DNA of 54,160 nt, taken from Candidatus Kaiserbacteria bacterium (lineage in GTDB: Bacteria; Patescibacteriota; Minisyncoccia; Phycocordibacterales; UBA2100). The position numbers and the translations under genes are program-made. Numbering within the stretch: the first letter of the stretch is position 1; each line of letters begins with the position of its first letter. The notes below the pieces were generated by a model. The model was not told the origin of the DNA, searched no databases, and saw only the letters and a program-made list of their open reading frames with translations. This document shows positions 18,581 to 27,976 of this stretch, one piece after another. The stretch is from NCBI GenBank assembly GCA_016217935.1, contig JACRFJ010000021.1, forward strand, positions 1 through 54,160. Reading direction: 5' to 3'.

Positions 18581-19681
18581 TCACCTTGCGCGTCTGTGAC
18601 GAGAAATGTTGAGCAGAATTCCGGCAGAGCCCAACGATACGAGCATGGCGGAGCCACCTTGGCTTATGAATGTGAGCGGGATGCCCGTGAGCGGCATGAG
18701 GCCGAGCATCGCCGCGATGTTGATGAGCGCCTCGGCACCGAGGTAGACGGAAATTCCAACAGCGAGCAGCGAGCCAAAAAGATCTGGCGCTCGAGATGCG
18801 ATCGCAAGCCCGCGAAGTGCGAAAGCGGTAAAGAGAGCGACAATCGTCGCCGCACCGATAAAGCCGAGCTCCTCGCCTGCGACCGCGTAAATTGAATCCC
18901 CCATCGGCTCAGGAAGGTATGTAAACTTCTGAATCCCTTGTCCGAAACCGCGCCCTGCAAATCCTCCGGAGCCGATCGCGATGAGAGATTGGCGAATCTG
19001 GTAGGACTCGCGCTGTTCACCTTGCGAGGGATCGAGGAATGTCGTCACCCGATCGCGCACATAGGGCTGTGTTGCTGCGAGGAATCCAACGGCGATTAGA
19101 CCGAGGAGAATCACGATCGCGACATCACGCATTCGAGCGCCAGCTGCTGCATAAACCGCAAAAACCGAAATGCCGATCACGCCGAGGGTTCCGATGTCTG
19201 GCTGCAAGAAGAGCACTATCGCTGGAAGTGCAATGATAAGGATAAATCCGACAAGCCCTGCTTGGAATTGGGCGGCTCCGTGCTTTATGCTCGCGAAGTA
19301 GGCTGCGGCGAGTAGGACCGTGCCAATTTTCAGTGTTTCAGATGGCTGAAATGTAAAGCCAAGAATTGAGAGCCACCGCCGGCCACCGCCATGCTCGAAG
19401 CCGATTTGTGGCAGGAATACTGCGACGGTAATGAGGAGAGCTGCTCCGAAAAGATACGGAGCGTACGTACGCCAGATTCGGTAATCGATGGCAGTGGTGG
19501 CTATGAGCGCAACCACTCCGAGCCCGACGCCGAGCACCATATGATTGAAAACAACGGATGAGATGTGCGTCGCACCACGACCAACGAGTCCGAATGCAGC
19601 AGAAGCAAAAATCATTGCACCTCCACCAACGAGCGTGACGAGAAGAATGACGAGCTGCTTATCAAAGCGAGCGTGCCTCAT
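18581..19681 (-). CDS. ftsW: SEDS family peptidoglycan glycosyltransferase FtsW
   Basis: RRWL..FQPSE..K, QPDIGT, YQIRQSLIAIGSGG..G.G, LPEP..D, PLTGIPL.FISQGGS. Located between mraY and murG. The exact start is uncertain (19681-19702). Confidence 0.9.
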   Translation of the reverse strand: MRHARFDKQLVILLVTLVGGGAMIFASAAFGLVGRGATHISSVVFNHMVLGVGLGVVALIATTAIDYRIWRTYAPYLFGAALLITVAVFLPQIGFEHGGGRRWLSILGFTFQPSETLKIGTVLLAAAYFASIKHGAAQFQAGLVGFILIIALPAIVLFLQPDIGTLGVIGISVFAVYAAAGARMRDVAIVILLGLIAVGFLAATQPYVRDRVTTFLDPSQGEQRESYQIRQSLIAIGSGGFAGRGFGQGIQKFTYLPEPMGDSIYAVAGEELGFIGAATIVALFTAFALRGLAIASRAPDLFGSLLAVGISVYLGAEALINIAAMLGLMPLTGIPLTFISQGGSAMLVSLGSAGILLNISRHRRAR

Positions 19682-19711
19682 TCTATGCATCCTAGCATTC
19701 AATCGATGAAT

Positions 19712-20791
19712 CTATAGACGGGAGATTGCTGCGAGCGCAACGATGACACCCGCAGATGCACATACGATTGAGAGGACCCAGTACCGCATAACGACCTTAT
19801 ATCCCGGCCAGCCGAGCGCTTCAAAGTGGTGGTGGAGTGGCGCGATGCGGAATAGTTTCCGACCAAAGAATATACGCCACAGGATCTGTAGAACGTCGGA
19901 TGCCACGGTGAGGACGAGGAGCATGCCGATGAGCGGAAGCACAAAAATACCGACGCCGCCGCCGAGCTGGTCCGTCATAAACGCAATGACCGCGAGGGTC
20001 AGCGTAAGTCCCATCGTGCCGGTGTCAGACATATAGAATCGTGCGGGTGGAATGTTGAACCACAGAAAAGCGAGGAGGCCGCCAACGATCGCGGCAGAAA
20101 AGGCAGCCAAATTCAATTGATCTTGCGCAAAAGCGATCATCGTGTATGAGGCGAATATAGATGCAAATACTCCACCTGAAAGTCCGTCAATCCCGTCGAT
20201 GACACCCGAGGCGTAGAGTGCTAGAGAGACAAGCACAAAGAGCGGGATAATGAGGACTCCCAGGTAGACCGGGTCGGCAAACGGAATGTTGACTGTGCTC
20301 ACGTCAAGTTTGGCCCAGAACCACCACCCGATGTAGGATGCAAGCACAACGACGATGAGGAGCCGATAGCGCAGCGCGAGACCCTCCCCTCCCGGACGGA
20401 TCACCAGGAGATCGTCGATGAGTCCAACCAGAGATCCGAGAATGAGTGTTGCAAACGGAACCCACGTCTGATTACGGCTCAGGAAATCGAGGCGCAGGAG
20501 GGCTGCGCTCGGGTAGAGATGTGCGATGAGCGAGGCACCGAGTATCGTAATTGCGACCGATGCCCACACGACGATACCGCCCATGCGCGGTGCGCGAACT
20601 TCGTGCGCTTCATGCAATCGATTGAACTCGTGTGCTGCTGATCCGTCCCACGCTTCTTTACCAGCCCGCTTTTTCCACGCTTTGTATGCATACAGGTAAT
20701 GCGTGAGAATCGGTGTGAGAGCCATCCCGATCATAAAAGCACCCGTCGCTGGCAACAGGATACGAATGATATCTGAAAGCATTGAATCCAT
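19712..20791 (-). CDS. mraY: Phospho-N-acetylmuramoyl-pentapeptide transferase
   Basis: PRMGG, GLIDD, DGIDGL, FLWFNIPPARFYMSDTG, APLHHHFE. Confidence 0.95.
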   Translation of the reverse strand: MDSMLSDIIRILLPATGAFMIGMALTPILTHYLYAYKAWKKRAGKEAWDGSAAHEFNRLHEAHEVRAPRMGGIVVWASVAITILGASLIAHLYPSAALLRLDFLSRNQTWVPFATLILGSLVGLIDDLLVIRPGGEGLALRYRLLIVVVLASYIGWWFWAKLDVSTVNIPFADPVYLGVLIIPLFVLVSLALYASGVIDGIDGLSGGVFASIFASYTMIAFAQDQLNLAAFSAAIVGGLLAFLWFNIPPARFYMSDTGTMGLTLTLAVIAFMTDQLGGGVGIFVLPLIGMLLVLTVASDVLQILWRIFFGRKLFRIAPLHHHFEALGWPGYKVVMRYWVLSIVCASAGVIVALAAISRL

Positions 20792-20794
20792 ACG

Positions 20795-21778
20795 TCATTC
20801 CTGAGCGATTGCTTCGCGTGTTCTCGATACGATCTTTTCCATATCGCTGAAACGCCCCTCGTACCCGGAACCAAGCACAACTGCAACGACCGGTCGTGCG
20901 AGGCCGACATCGAACACAACTGCCAAATTTCCACCCGCGAGATCCGTAAAACCCGTCTTGCCCATAATGAGCCCCGGGATTTCTCCGAGCGCTTCGTTTG
21001 TATTGGAAGCCCGCGTCGTGTGACCATTTTCGTCGGAGAGCAGGAGTCCGTCTCTTGTTGTGCCGCTGAATAAATCGGGAGAACTCGAAGCCGCATATGC
21101 GAAGATGTGTGCAACATCGCGCGCGCTCCCATATGCTCCCGATTGCGTCGTGCTTATGTCGAGCCCACTCGAGTTTAAAAAGTACGTTTCGGTAAGGCCC
21201 AATTTTCTTGCAAGATTATTCATTTGCCAGATCGTCGCTTCGTCGCCATGTTCGCCTTTCGGAGCTTCGGGACTATGATTTCGTACGGCTGCATTTGCCG
21301 CATACGCAAGGATCTTCGCACCGTCATTCGATGATGAAACGAGCGTAAATGTGATAATGTCTCCGACTCGCCACTTCTCTCCTCGCGCGAGTCGCTCACG
21401 AGAACCGGCTGGTGCGGTGTCAAATGGAATCGTAACGATTGAATCAGTGGTGAGCTCTCCGGCTACGACGAGCGCGAGCGGGACCTTGGTAATGGATGCA
21501 AGAGGTAGTTGAACATCAGGATTTTTCTGATACAAAACTCTGCCCGATTTGAGGTCAACCACGAATGCCGCTTGCGCCTCGATCACGAGGCTGGCAAAGG
21601 GATCGGTATGCGCCGCAGCAGCAAGCTGCGTCTCTTCAGCGAGAGCGCGATGGTCAAGGTACGTAAAGACTGCGAAAAAAGATACAAGACCACAGAGGGA
21701 AATACAGACAACAATATAAAAAAGCGCGGGCATGCGCGTTGGAGCTGCGTTATTCGGGTTCTGAGACTCCGTCGGCAT
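20795..21778 (-). CDS. S11 D-alanyl-D-alanine carboxypeptidase
   Basis: N-terminal TM helix, SxxK (ASITK), SxN (SSN) and KTG. Confidence 0.9.
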   Translation of the reverse strand: MPTESQNPNNAAPTRMPALFYIVVCISLCGLVSFFAVFTYLDHRALAEETQLAAAAHTDPFASLVIEAQAAFVVDLKSGRVLYQKNPDVQLPLASITKVPLALVVAGELTTDSIVTIPFDTAPAGSRERLARGEKWRVGDIITFTLVSSSNDGAKILAYAANAAVRNHSPEAPKGEHGDEATIWQMNNLARKLGLTETYFLNSSGLDISTTQSGAYGSARDVAHIFAYAASSSPDLFSGTTRDGLLLSDENGHTTRASNTNEALGEIPGLIMGKTGFTDLAGGNLAVVFDVGLARPVVAVVLGSGYEGRFSDMEKIVSRTREAIAQE

Positions 21779-22334
21779 CTTCGTTAAATGGCCCTTTCGA
21801 AGCTTCGAAAGCGGCCAATTCGCTCGCTATCTTAGCATGATCGGGCAGATTCCGCGCCTCTGTCGCTCCAAGGTGCGCTAGCAATTCCGTCGTAGGTCGA
21901 TAGAGGTATTCACGAGCGTCTTCAGGATTTACGATGCGCTCAATGAGGCCACGGGCAGTGAGAGTCCGTATTGTCGATGAGGTGTTTACGCCACGAATGT
22001 AATCGATCTGGGTTCGCGTCGATGGACCCCGATAGAGAATGATCGCAAGCACTTCCAATCCAGCATCGCCGATTTCGCGCCCGATTTCGCGTTCATGCGC
22101 AATACGAATCGTTTCAGTCGCGCTCGGCGCTATTGCAAGCGCGATCTCGAGATCGGCTTCAATGAGCGCAATCCCAGAATCTTTTCTGCGATCGGAAAGC
22201 GTATGAATCGCATCCGCAAGTTCAGATTCCTTGCAATCAAGCAGTTGGGCAAGCTTCTTTTTCTGCATGGGCCCACCACCCTCACTGAAAAGCAGTGCTT
22301 CCAAACGTGCGGCAAGATCGAGAGATTCAATCAT
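21750..22334 (-). CDS. scpB: SMC-Scp complex subunit ScpB
   Basis: LEALLF, LEVLAIILYRGP.TR..IDYIRGVN. Confidence 0.93.
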   Translation of the reverse strand: MIESLDLAARLEALLFSEGGGPMQKKKLAQLLDCKESELADAIHTLSDRRKDSGIALIEADLEIALAIAPSATETIRIAHEREIGREIGDAGLEVLAIILYRGPSTRTQIDYIRGVNTSSTIRTLTARGLIERIVNPEDAREYLYRPTTELLAHLGATEARNLPDHAKIASELAAFEASKGPFNEDADGVSEPE

Positions 22335-22343
22335 GGCTGTATT

Positions 22344-23069
22344 TTATACCCCGTATTGCGGGCGGCCGACGTTCTCGACCTCGATCGTTATGTCCTCAAA
22401 AAGTCTCTCCTGCGTGGCACTCGCCGAGCCGGATCGGACGAGCTCGAGCATTGCAAGAAAGTAGACTATCCGCTCATGCTTGTCGCGAGACTTGGTGAGT
22501 TCACTGAACTTTGCCCTGAATGCACTGGTGAGGCGCTGCTTTAAATTCAGGATTACGTCTTCAAGCGCAAGTATTGGTGCAACCGCGGCTTCAATCATGC
22601 TTTCCGGTTTGGGCAATATGGCGATCAGTTTGTGCATCGCATCTCTCAGCGTGGAGAGGGCCGTTTCAGCCGGACTAAACACGGGAGATCGTGCGGGGGT
22701 GCGACGCGCGAAAAGGTACGGTGCCTTTCCCCACTCTTTGCGGAGCAACCTGCTCGCTTGTCGAATGAGTTTAAGTCGCGCAAGGCGTCGCTCGAGCTCT
22801 TCGACAGACTCGCGTTCCTCATCGGAGAGCGACATGTCGGGGAGTAGTGCGCGAGACTTAATGAGGAGGAGTGTCGAGGCAACGAGAATGAATTGTGCAG
22901 TTTCGCCGAGCGGCAGTTCGTGTAACTTTTCCACGTACGCAAGGAATGCGTCAGTTACTTCGGCGAGCGAGATCTCCGAGATAGAAAGCTTCCTCGATTC
23001 AATCAAATCTAAGAGCGCTTCGAGTGGCCCCTGATACGTATCTGTAGTAACCGCGAACTTCTCACTCAT
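22344..23069 (-). CDS. scpA: Segregation/condensation protein A (kleisin)
   Basis: YQGPLEALLDLI, ASTLLLIKSRALLP, FLAMLEL...Q...FEDI. Confidence 0.93.
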   Translation of the reverse strand: MSEKFAVTTDTYQGPLEALLDLIESRKLSISEISLAEVTDAFLAYVEKLHELPLGETAQFILVASTLLLIKSRALLPDMSLSDEERESVEELERRLARLKLIRQASRLLRKEWGKAPYLFARRTPARSPVFSPAETALSTLRDAMHKLIAILPKPESMIEAAVAPILALEDVILNLKQRLTSAFRAKFSELTKSRDKHERIVYFLAMLELVRSGSASATQERLFEDITIEVENVGRPQYGV

Positions 23070-24394
23070 GCGGCATCATTCTCTTCGGCAAGTCGTGAAT
23101 CGATACGGGTCATATCCCGCGGAAACGCGGTAGCCTCTTTTACGTTCTGAATCTCAAGCATGCGTGCAGTAAAGCGTTCCAGCCCAGTCGACGAACCCCC
23201 GTGCGGCGGCATGCCGTATTTGAAGGCCTGCAGGTAGTACGCGTATTTCTGAGGGTCCATGCCGCGTTCTTTGATACGGGCTACCAGCATGTCATGGTCG
23301 TGGATGCGCTGTGCACCACTGTTGATTTCGAGGCCGCGGAAGAGGAGGTCGAAACCGCGAGAGAGCGGAGCTTCTGATGGATCTTCGTATGTATAGAATG
23401 CGCGTTTTGCGGTCGGAAACCGAGTAATGAAAACAAAATCGGACTGCTTGTGTTCTTTTGCCCATCCACAAATGTTGCGCTCATCTTCAGGGGCTAGATC
23501 GGACTCCTCGGGCACACCAAGAATCTGTTGCGCTTCTTGGAGCGTAAGAATTGGGATTTCAGCGGGGATAAGCGGTGTCGCCGTTTTGAAATAGTCGAAT
23601 ATATCTTGATGCGCGCCCACTACCTCGCGTACCGTATCGCGTATTGTCTGCTCGAGAACGCGCATCGGTTCGCGCTCGTTTTCGATAAAGCCCATTTCAA
23701 AGTCCATCTGTGTTATCTCGGAAAGGTGGCGTGTGGTTGCACTCTTTTCAGCTCTGAAGACTTTTGCGATCGTGCACGATCGTTCGAATGCGCCGACCAT
23801 AATCTGTTTGTAGAACTGCGGAGAGACGGCGAGATACGCTTTATATTCGTTGTAGTAATCGAGCTTGAAGACTGCTCCCCCGCCCTCGGCATCGGCGCCG
23901 ACGAGCGCGGGCGCCATGAATTCAGTGAATCCCTGATTGCGAAGTGAAGAGCGATACGCCCCGAGAATTGTCGACTGCATCTTGAATATATTCCGCGTGC
24001 GTTCGGTGTGCAGCATGAGTGGTAGGTGGTCGAGATACGTGTCGAGGTGCAATTCTGTCGCAATGTCGAACGGAGCGACCTGCGCTTTACTCATAATCTC
24101 GATTGATTCGATCTGGAGCTCGATATCGCCATTTTGCCGCTGCACGACATTCTTTTCAGGTCGCTTGTTCACTACTCCCTCGAGAGCGACAGCGGATTCA
24201 ACAGTGACTTCTTTCGCCGCGCCTATTGCGGCGGATAGGGGCAGCACCACACCCTGCACGGTTCCGCTCATGTCGCGTACATCGACGAAGACCATTTTGC
24301 CCTGATCGCGTCGCACGGAAACCCACCCGTTGATGAGTACCTTCTCTCCAATTTTTTTTCCAAGATCCCCAATAAATGTTCGCTGCATACGCAT
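23066..24394 (-). CDS. aspS: Aspartate--tRNA ligase, short archaeal-type (probably non-discriminating)
   Basis: OB fold GWV..RRDQG, AEGG, SPQFYKQ, FRAEKS.T.RHL.E, EINSGAQRIH, YGMPPHGG, FPRD. About 440 aa with no GAD insertion. Confidence 0.88.
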   Translation of the reverse strand: MRMQRTFIGDLGKKIGEKVLINGWVSVRRDQGKMVFVDVRDMSGTVQGVVLPLSAAIGAAKEVTVESAVALEGVVNKRPEKNVVQRQNGDIELQIESIEIMSKAQVAPFDIATELHLDTYLDHLPLMLHTERTRNIFKMQSTILGAYRSSLRNQGFTEFMAPALVGADAEGGGAVFKLDYYNEYKAYLAVSPQFYKQIMVGAFERSCTIAKVFRAEKSATTRHLSEITQMDFEMGFIENEREPMRVLEQTIRDTVREVVGAHQDIFDYFKTATPLIPAEIPILTLQEAQQILGVPEESDLAPEDERNICGWAKEHKQSDFVFITRFPTAKRAFYTYEDPSEAPLSRGFDLLFRGLEINSGAQRIHDHDMLVARIKERGMDPQKYAYYLQAFKYGMPPHGGSSTGLERFTARMLEIQNVKEATAFPRDMTRIDSRLAEENDAA

Positions 24395-24396
24395 AT

Positions 24397-25335
24397 TTAA
24401 ATTGCAACACCGATCACTTCGCGCACGGCCGCCATTTTTGTCTGTGCCCGTTCGCGTGCCCGTTCGCCCCCTTTTACGAGTATGAGCTTCACTTCTTCGT
24501 CAGTGATCGCCTCGTGGCGCGCACGCATCGGAGCGACGAGCGCATCGATATCTTCTATGAGTGCTTCTTTCAGTGTTTTGTAACTCCCCTTGTGTTCCGC
24601 ATAAAGATTTTCAAGCGATTCTCCGTGACGAAAAAGTTTGTGGATGGCATAGACATTTTCTGGTTTGTCGCCCGATGAATCGGTCACGATGCTCATTACT
24701 GCTTTTGCGATCTCGTCCTTCGATCCGAAGAGCGGGATCGTATTTCCGTAGCTCTTGCTCATTTTCTTGCCATCCGTGCCGGGCACTGTGGCGATCGCAT
24801 CGAGAATTCGTTCCCGCGGCTCCTTGAACGTTTCTCCGTATGCGTGATTGAATTTTGCCGCTGCCTCACGCGCGTATTCCACATGCTGACGTTGATCCGC
24901 ACCGACCGGCACAATGTCACTGTCGTAAAGCAAAATATCCGCGGCCATGAGCATCGGATACGCGAATAACCCAGCATTCGCTTCCAACCCTTTCGCTACC
25001 TTGTCTTTGTACGCATGTGCTTGCTGGAGGAACGGTACGGACACGAGGGTCTGGAAAATCCACGCAAGCTCGGTATGATCAGGTACATCGGATTGTTTAA
25101 AAATAATTGAAGTTTGCGGATCCACGCCCGCGGCAAGGAAATCGCGTCCTACTTCGATGATATTGGCTCGCAATTCCGCAGCGTCTTTAAGCGAGGTGAG
25201 TGCATGATAGTCGGCAACCATGAGCATGCTGTCGGGGAATTCTTGGGAAAGCTCGATCATGGGCTTGAGTGCCGCAAAATAATTGCCAATATGAAGTGCG
25301 CCCGATGGCTGCAAGCCGGTGAAGAGTCGCTGCAT
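24397..25335 (-). CDS. trpS: Tryptophan--tRNA ligase
   Basis: TGLQPSGALHIGNY, YPMLMAADIL, VPVGADQ.QH, KMSKS. Confidence 0.97.
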   Translation of the reverse strand: MQRLFTGLQPSGALHIGNYFAALKPMIELSQEFPDSMLMVADYHALTSLKDAAELRANIIEVGRDFLAAGVDPQTSIIFKQSDVPDHTELAWIFQTLVSVPFLQQAHAYKDKVAKGLEANAGLFAYPMLMAADILLYDSDIVPVGADQRQHVEYAREAAAKFNHAYGETFKEPRERILDAIATVPGTDGKKMSKSYGNTIPLFGSKDEIAKAVMSIVTDSSGDKPENVYAIHKLFRHGESLENLYAEHKGSYKTLKEALIEDIDALVAPMRARHEAITDEEVKLILVKGGERARERAQTKMAAVREVIGVAI

Positions 25336-25367
25336 AGTTCATGATTGTAGCAAAGGAACGGGGGTAT

Positions 25368-25397
25368 AAAAAGAACCGCGCGGATCGCTCCGCGCGG
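25368..25397 (-). terminator. Intrinsic terminator downstream of the 25421-26113 gene
   Basis: CCGCGCGGA-4nt-TCCGCGCGG stem, with ttcttttt following on the minus strand. Confidence 0.75.
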
Positions 25398-25420
25398 GAA
25401 TTCTAGTGCCTGTCGCTTGA

Positions 25421-26113
25421 TCAGGCCGCGGCGGGCTGCTGCGCACGCTGCGTTTCCATGAACTTGCACTGCGCCGCATTGAAGTACACCTTGTAGTCAG
25501 GGTAGGCGAGACCGAGTGCGGCAAACATCTGATGCTTGTCCTTCATCTCCTTCGTGAGCGGATCCTTCTTCGCGGAGAGCTCCTGAGACGGCGCATGATT
25601 GTGCTTGTGCTCGATCTCGATAATCTTGAGCGCAAGCTCTTCCAGCGCATATCGAGCGAACCCTTGCAGCTCCTCCAGGCTCTTGTTGCGGAGATACGCA
25701 ATGCTCCCGCTCGTGAGCAACATGAGCTGGCTCAAATGATCCGCGAACGACGCAGTCTCGCCCCAAAGGATGCGAGGCGAAACATGAGTCAGCATCGCGG
25801 ACATCCATGTAACAATGACAATCAGCACAACGGCGAGGAGCGAGAAGAAAGAAACTTTGCTCAGCCCTGCGAACGCGACGAGCAGTCCCATAAAGACCAT
25901 CGCCACCAATGTGCACGCGGCGCCGACCCACATCATCTCGCCGCGCCGATCGATCTCGAGAATTCGCTGCCGCGCATATTCGACCGGATCACGACCGGTG
26001 CGCTTGAACCATTCGAGCCGGACGTGCGTGTCCGGCGGGATATTCTTTCCTTGGTCGAGCTCGACCAATTTCGCGTCATCTATGGGCAGCTGGTCAAACG
26101 TTGAGGCCGTCAT
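25421..26113 (-). CDS. Hypothetical two-TM membrane protein
   Basis: 230 aa with two adjacent hydrophobic helices and a helical C-terminus. GGAGAG SD upstream and its own terminator. Confidence 0.8.
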   Translation of the reverse strand: MTASTFDQLPIDDAKLVELDQGKNIPPDTHVRLEWFKRTGRDPVEYARQRILEIDRRGEMMWVGAACTLVAMVFMGLLVAFAGLSKVSFFSLLAVVLIVIVTWMSAMLTHVSPRILWGETASFADHLSQLMLLTSGSIAYLRNKSLEELQGFARYALEELALKIIEIEHKHNHAPSQELSAKKDPLTKEMKDKHQMFAALGLAYPDYKVYFNAAQCKFMETQRAQQPAAA

Positions 26114-26286
26114 GGCAGTCTCTCCATATGCCTAGGGGGCCGTCAGTGGCCAGGTAACGAGGGCTTTCAGGGCGCATCAGCGGATCGGTTTCAGGCCGTC
26201 CGCTGAACACTCATTACGTTCACCTGCAGAGGCAAGAACAGGCTGAGACTTACGATGCCACATTCACTCGAACATGTCGAGACTCT

Positions 26287-27897
26287 TTACGGCTGCACCG
26301 GAAATTCCATGATGAATCGGGAGCCCGTGCCTGCCCCATCGGATTCGGCCCAAATTTTGCCCCCGTGGGCGGCGATGATTTGTTTGGCGATAAAGAGGCC
26401 GTAGCCAGTCGAATGCACGTTGACCTTGATCGAATCCTTGCCGTGTCCCCCTTCGGTAAAAAGCCGCCCCATATCTTCGGAAGTGATGCCGACGCCGGTA
26501 TCCGATACGATCACCCGTGCGATATTTTCTGCTCGAATTAAATCGACTTTTACTGATCCGCTCGGCGTATATTTGATCGAATTGTCGATGATGTTGCGGA
26601 TTACATGCCGACGGATCTTTTCCTCGTCGCCCGCGATCATGCACGGTCCGGTCACTGGTTTCGTGAACGTGAGCTGCAAGCCTTTGTGTGCGGCGACCGA
26701 TGCGAGATCATCCACGACCTCATCGACCGCTTTCACAAGATTGAACGGAGTCTTTTTGAATTCTATCGTGCCATGCTTCAGATTCGAGGCATCCAAAATA
26801 TCCATAACTGTGGCGACACCGCTTCGCGTGTCTTTCAGCGCGAGATCGGCCATCTTGTCGATTTCCGGAGGCGGTTGTCCAAAATCTCCCGCGATGATCG
26901 AGGCAAATGCCGCCTCATTTTTTGTCAGATATCCCTTGATCTCGTGGCTGATGAAATGCAGGAGGCTCTCCTGCTGTTGATTTGCAACACGGAGCTCTTC
27001 TTCCTGCTTTTCGATAAGCTCTCTTTGTTTAGTCTCGCGCAAGATACTCTGAATCAGAAAAGCGCCAAAGGCACCCATAACAACAAGCAGTATTCCATCA
27101 ATAATCCTCGCCGTGCCAGGTTCTGAGAGGATAAGGCGCGTAAGCGAGAGGATAAGGATGCCTCCCGTAAAAAACTCGGAGAGAATGAGGCGCGAATTGA
27201 AAAGATTGTATCGGAGAATGTTGTAGAGTCCGACAACGATAAGTGCTCCCGTCACGAGAATCGGATTGATGTAAAAGAAAGAGAAATTACCGTAGAGAGG
27301 AAAAATTAGATTAAAAACAATCCCCAATGTGCCAGCGATAAAATTGGCAAGAATTGCAAAGTAGATTTGATACCTGTCGAGATCTTTGTACAATGCCCCT
27401 GCTACAAAACTCTTGCGAGTCCGCAACAAGACGAGCAGTCCTGCAAAGAACACGGCAGAGAGCATCAGAATAAAGGCTATGTATCCAGGAACATTGAATT
27501 GGATACTTTCGCTCAGTGTTGCTCCCGGCTGGATCTGATGCACGAGGACACCCGTGATCGGTATAGCGATCAAATACAGACTGGTTAGCGCAGTCACTGT
27601 GATGCCGACCAGCTTGGATCGCCGAGAAGGTTCAGGATAAAACAATGCAAACCAGAAAAACGATAGGTACGCTAAATATCCGAAAATATAGTGTCCATAG
27701 AGTGCATATCGAAAGTATGGTGCGGACAACAGGGTTGGGTTTGTAAGTAATGTAGAAAGTGTCCAGAGCGTAGCGAAAATAATTATCCATGCGTACAACT
27801 TCACCACGAAACTCTGCTTACTATTGATATACAAAAAGACTCCGAATGTAAGATTGAGAATACCGAAGAAAATTATCAACGTGTGGAGAAGATCCAT
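26287..27897 (-). CDS. Sensor histidine kinase with an N-terminal 7TM (HisKA_7TM-like) input domain
   Basis: Multi-TM N-terminus, H-box FISHEIK, N-box NIIDNSIKY, G1 DTGVG, G2 STGYGL. Confidence 0.93.
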   Translation of the reverse strand: MDLLHTLIIFFGILNLTFGVFLYINSKQSFVVKLYAWIIIFATLWTLSTLLTNPTLLSAPYFRYALYGHYIFGYLAYLSFFWFALFYPEPSRRSKLVGITVTALTSLYLIAIPITGVLVHQIQPGATLSESIQFNVPGYIAFILMLSAVFFAGLLVLLRTRKSFVAGALYKDLDRYQIYFAILANFIAGTLGIVFNLIFPLYGNFSFFYINPILVTGALIVVGLYNILRYNLFNSRLILSEFFTGGILILSLTRLILSEPGTARIIDGILLVVMGAFGAFLIQSILRETKQRELIEKQEEELRVANQQQESLLHFISHEIKGYLTKNEAAFASIIAGDFGQPPPEIDKMADLALKDTRSGVATVMDILDASNLKHGTIEFKKTPFNLVKAVDEVVDDLASVAAHKGLQLTFTKPVTGPCMIAGDEEKIRRHVIRNIIDNSIKYTPSGSVKVDLIRAENIARVIVSDTGVGITSEDMGRLFTEGGHGKDSIKVNVHSTGYGLFIAKQIIAAHGGKIWAESDGAGTGSRFIMEFPVQP

Positions 27898-27917
27898 GTC
27901 TCAACAGTATAAAACAT

Positions 27918-27951
27918 AAAAGAATGAACCGGCGGAAGATTCCGCCGGTTC
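27918..27951 (-). terminator. Intrinsic terminator downstream of the diiron-enzyme gene
   Basis: GAACCGGCGGAA-2nt-TTCCGCCGGTTC followed by attctttt on the minus strand. Confidence 0.75.
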
Positions 27952-27976
27952 GCGCTGCAAGAACGATCGATCGAGT

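Noticed and set aside
26160-26185. Hammerhead-like CTGATG...GAAA on the minus strand
   Set aside because: The core reads CUGAUGC rather than CUGAUGA, and no stem II can form.
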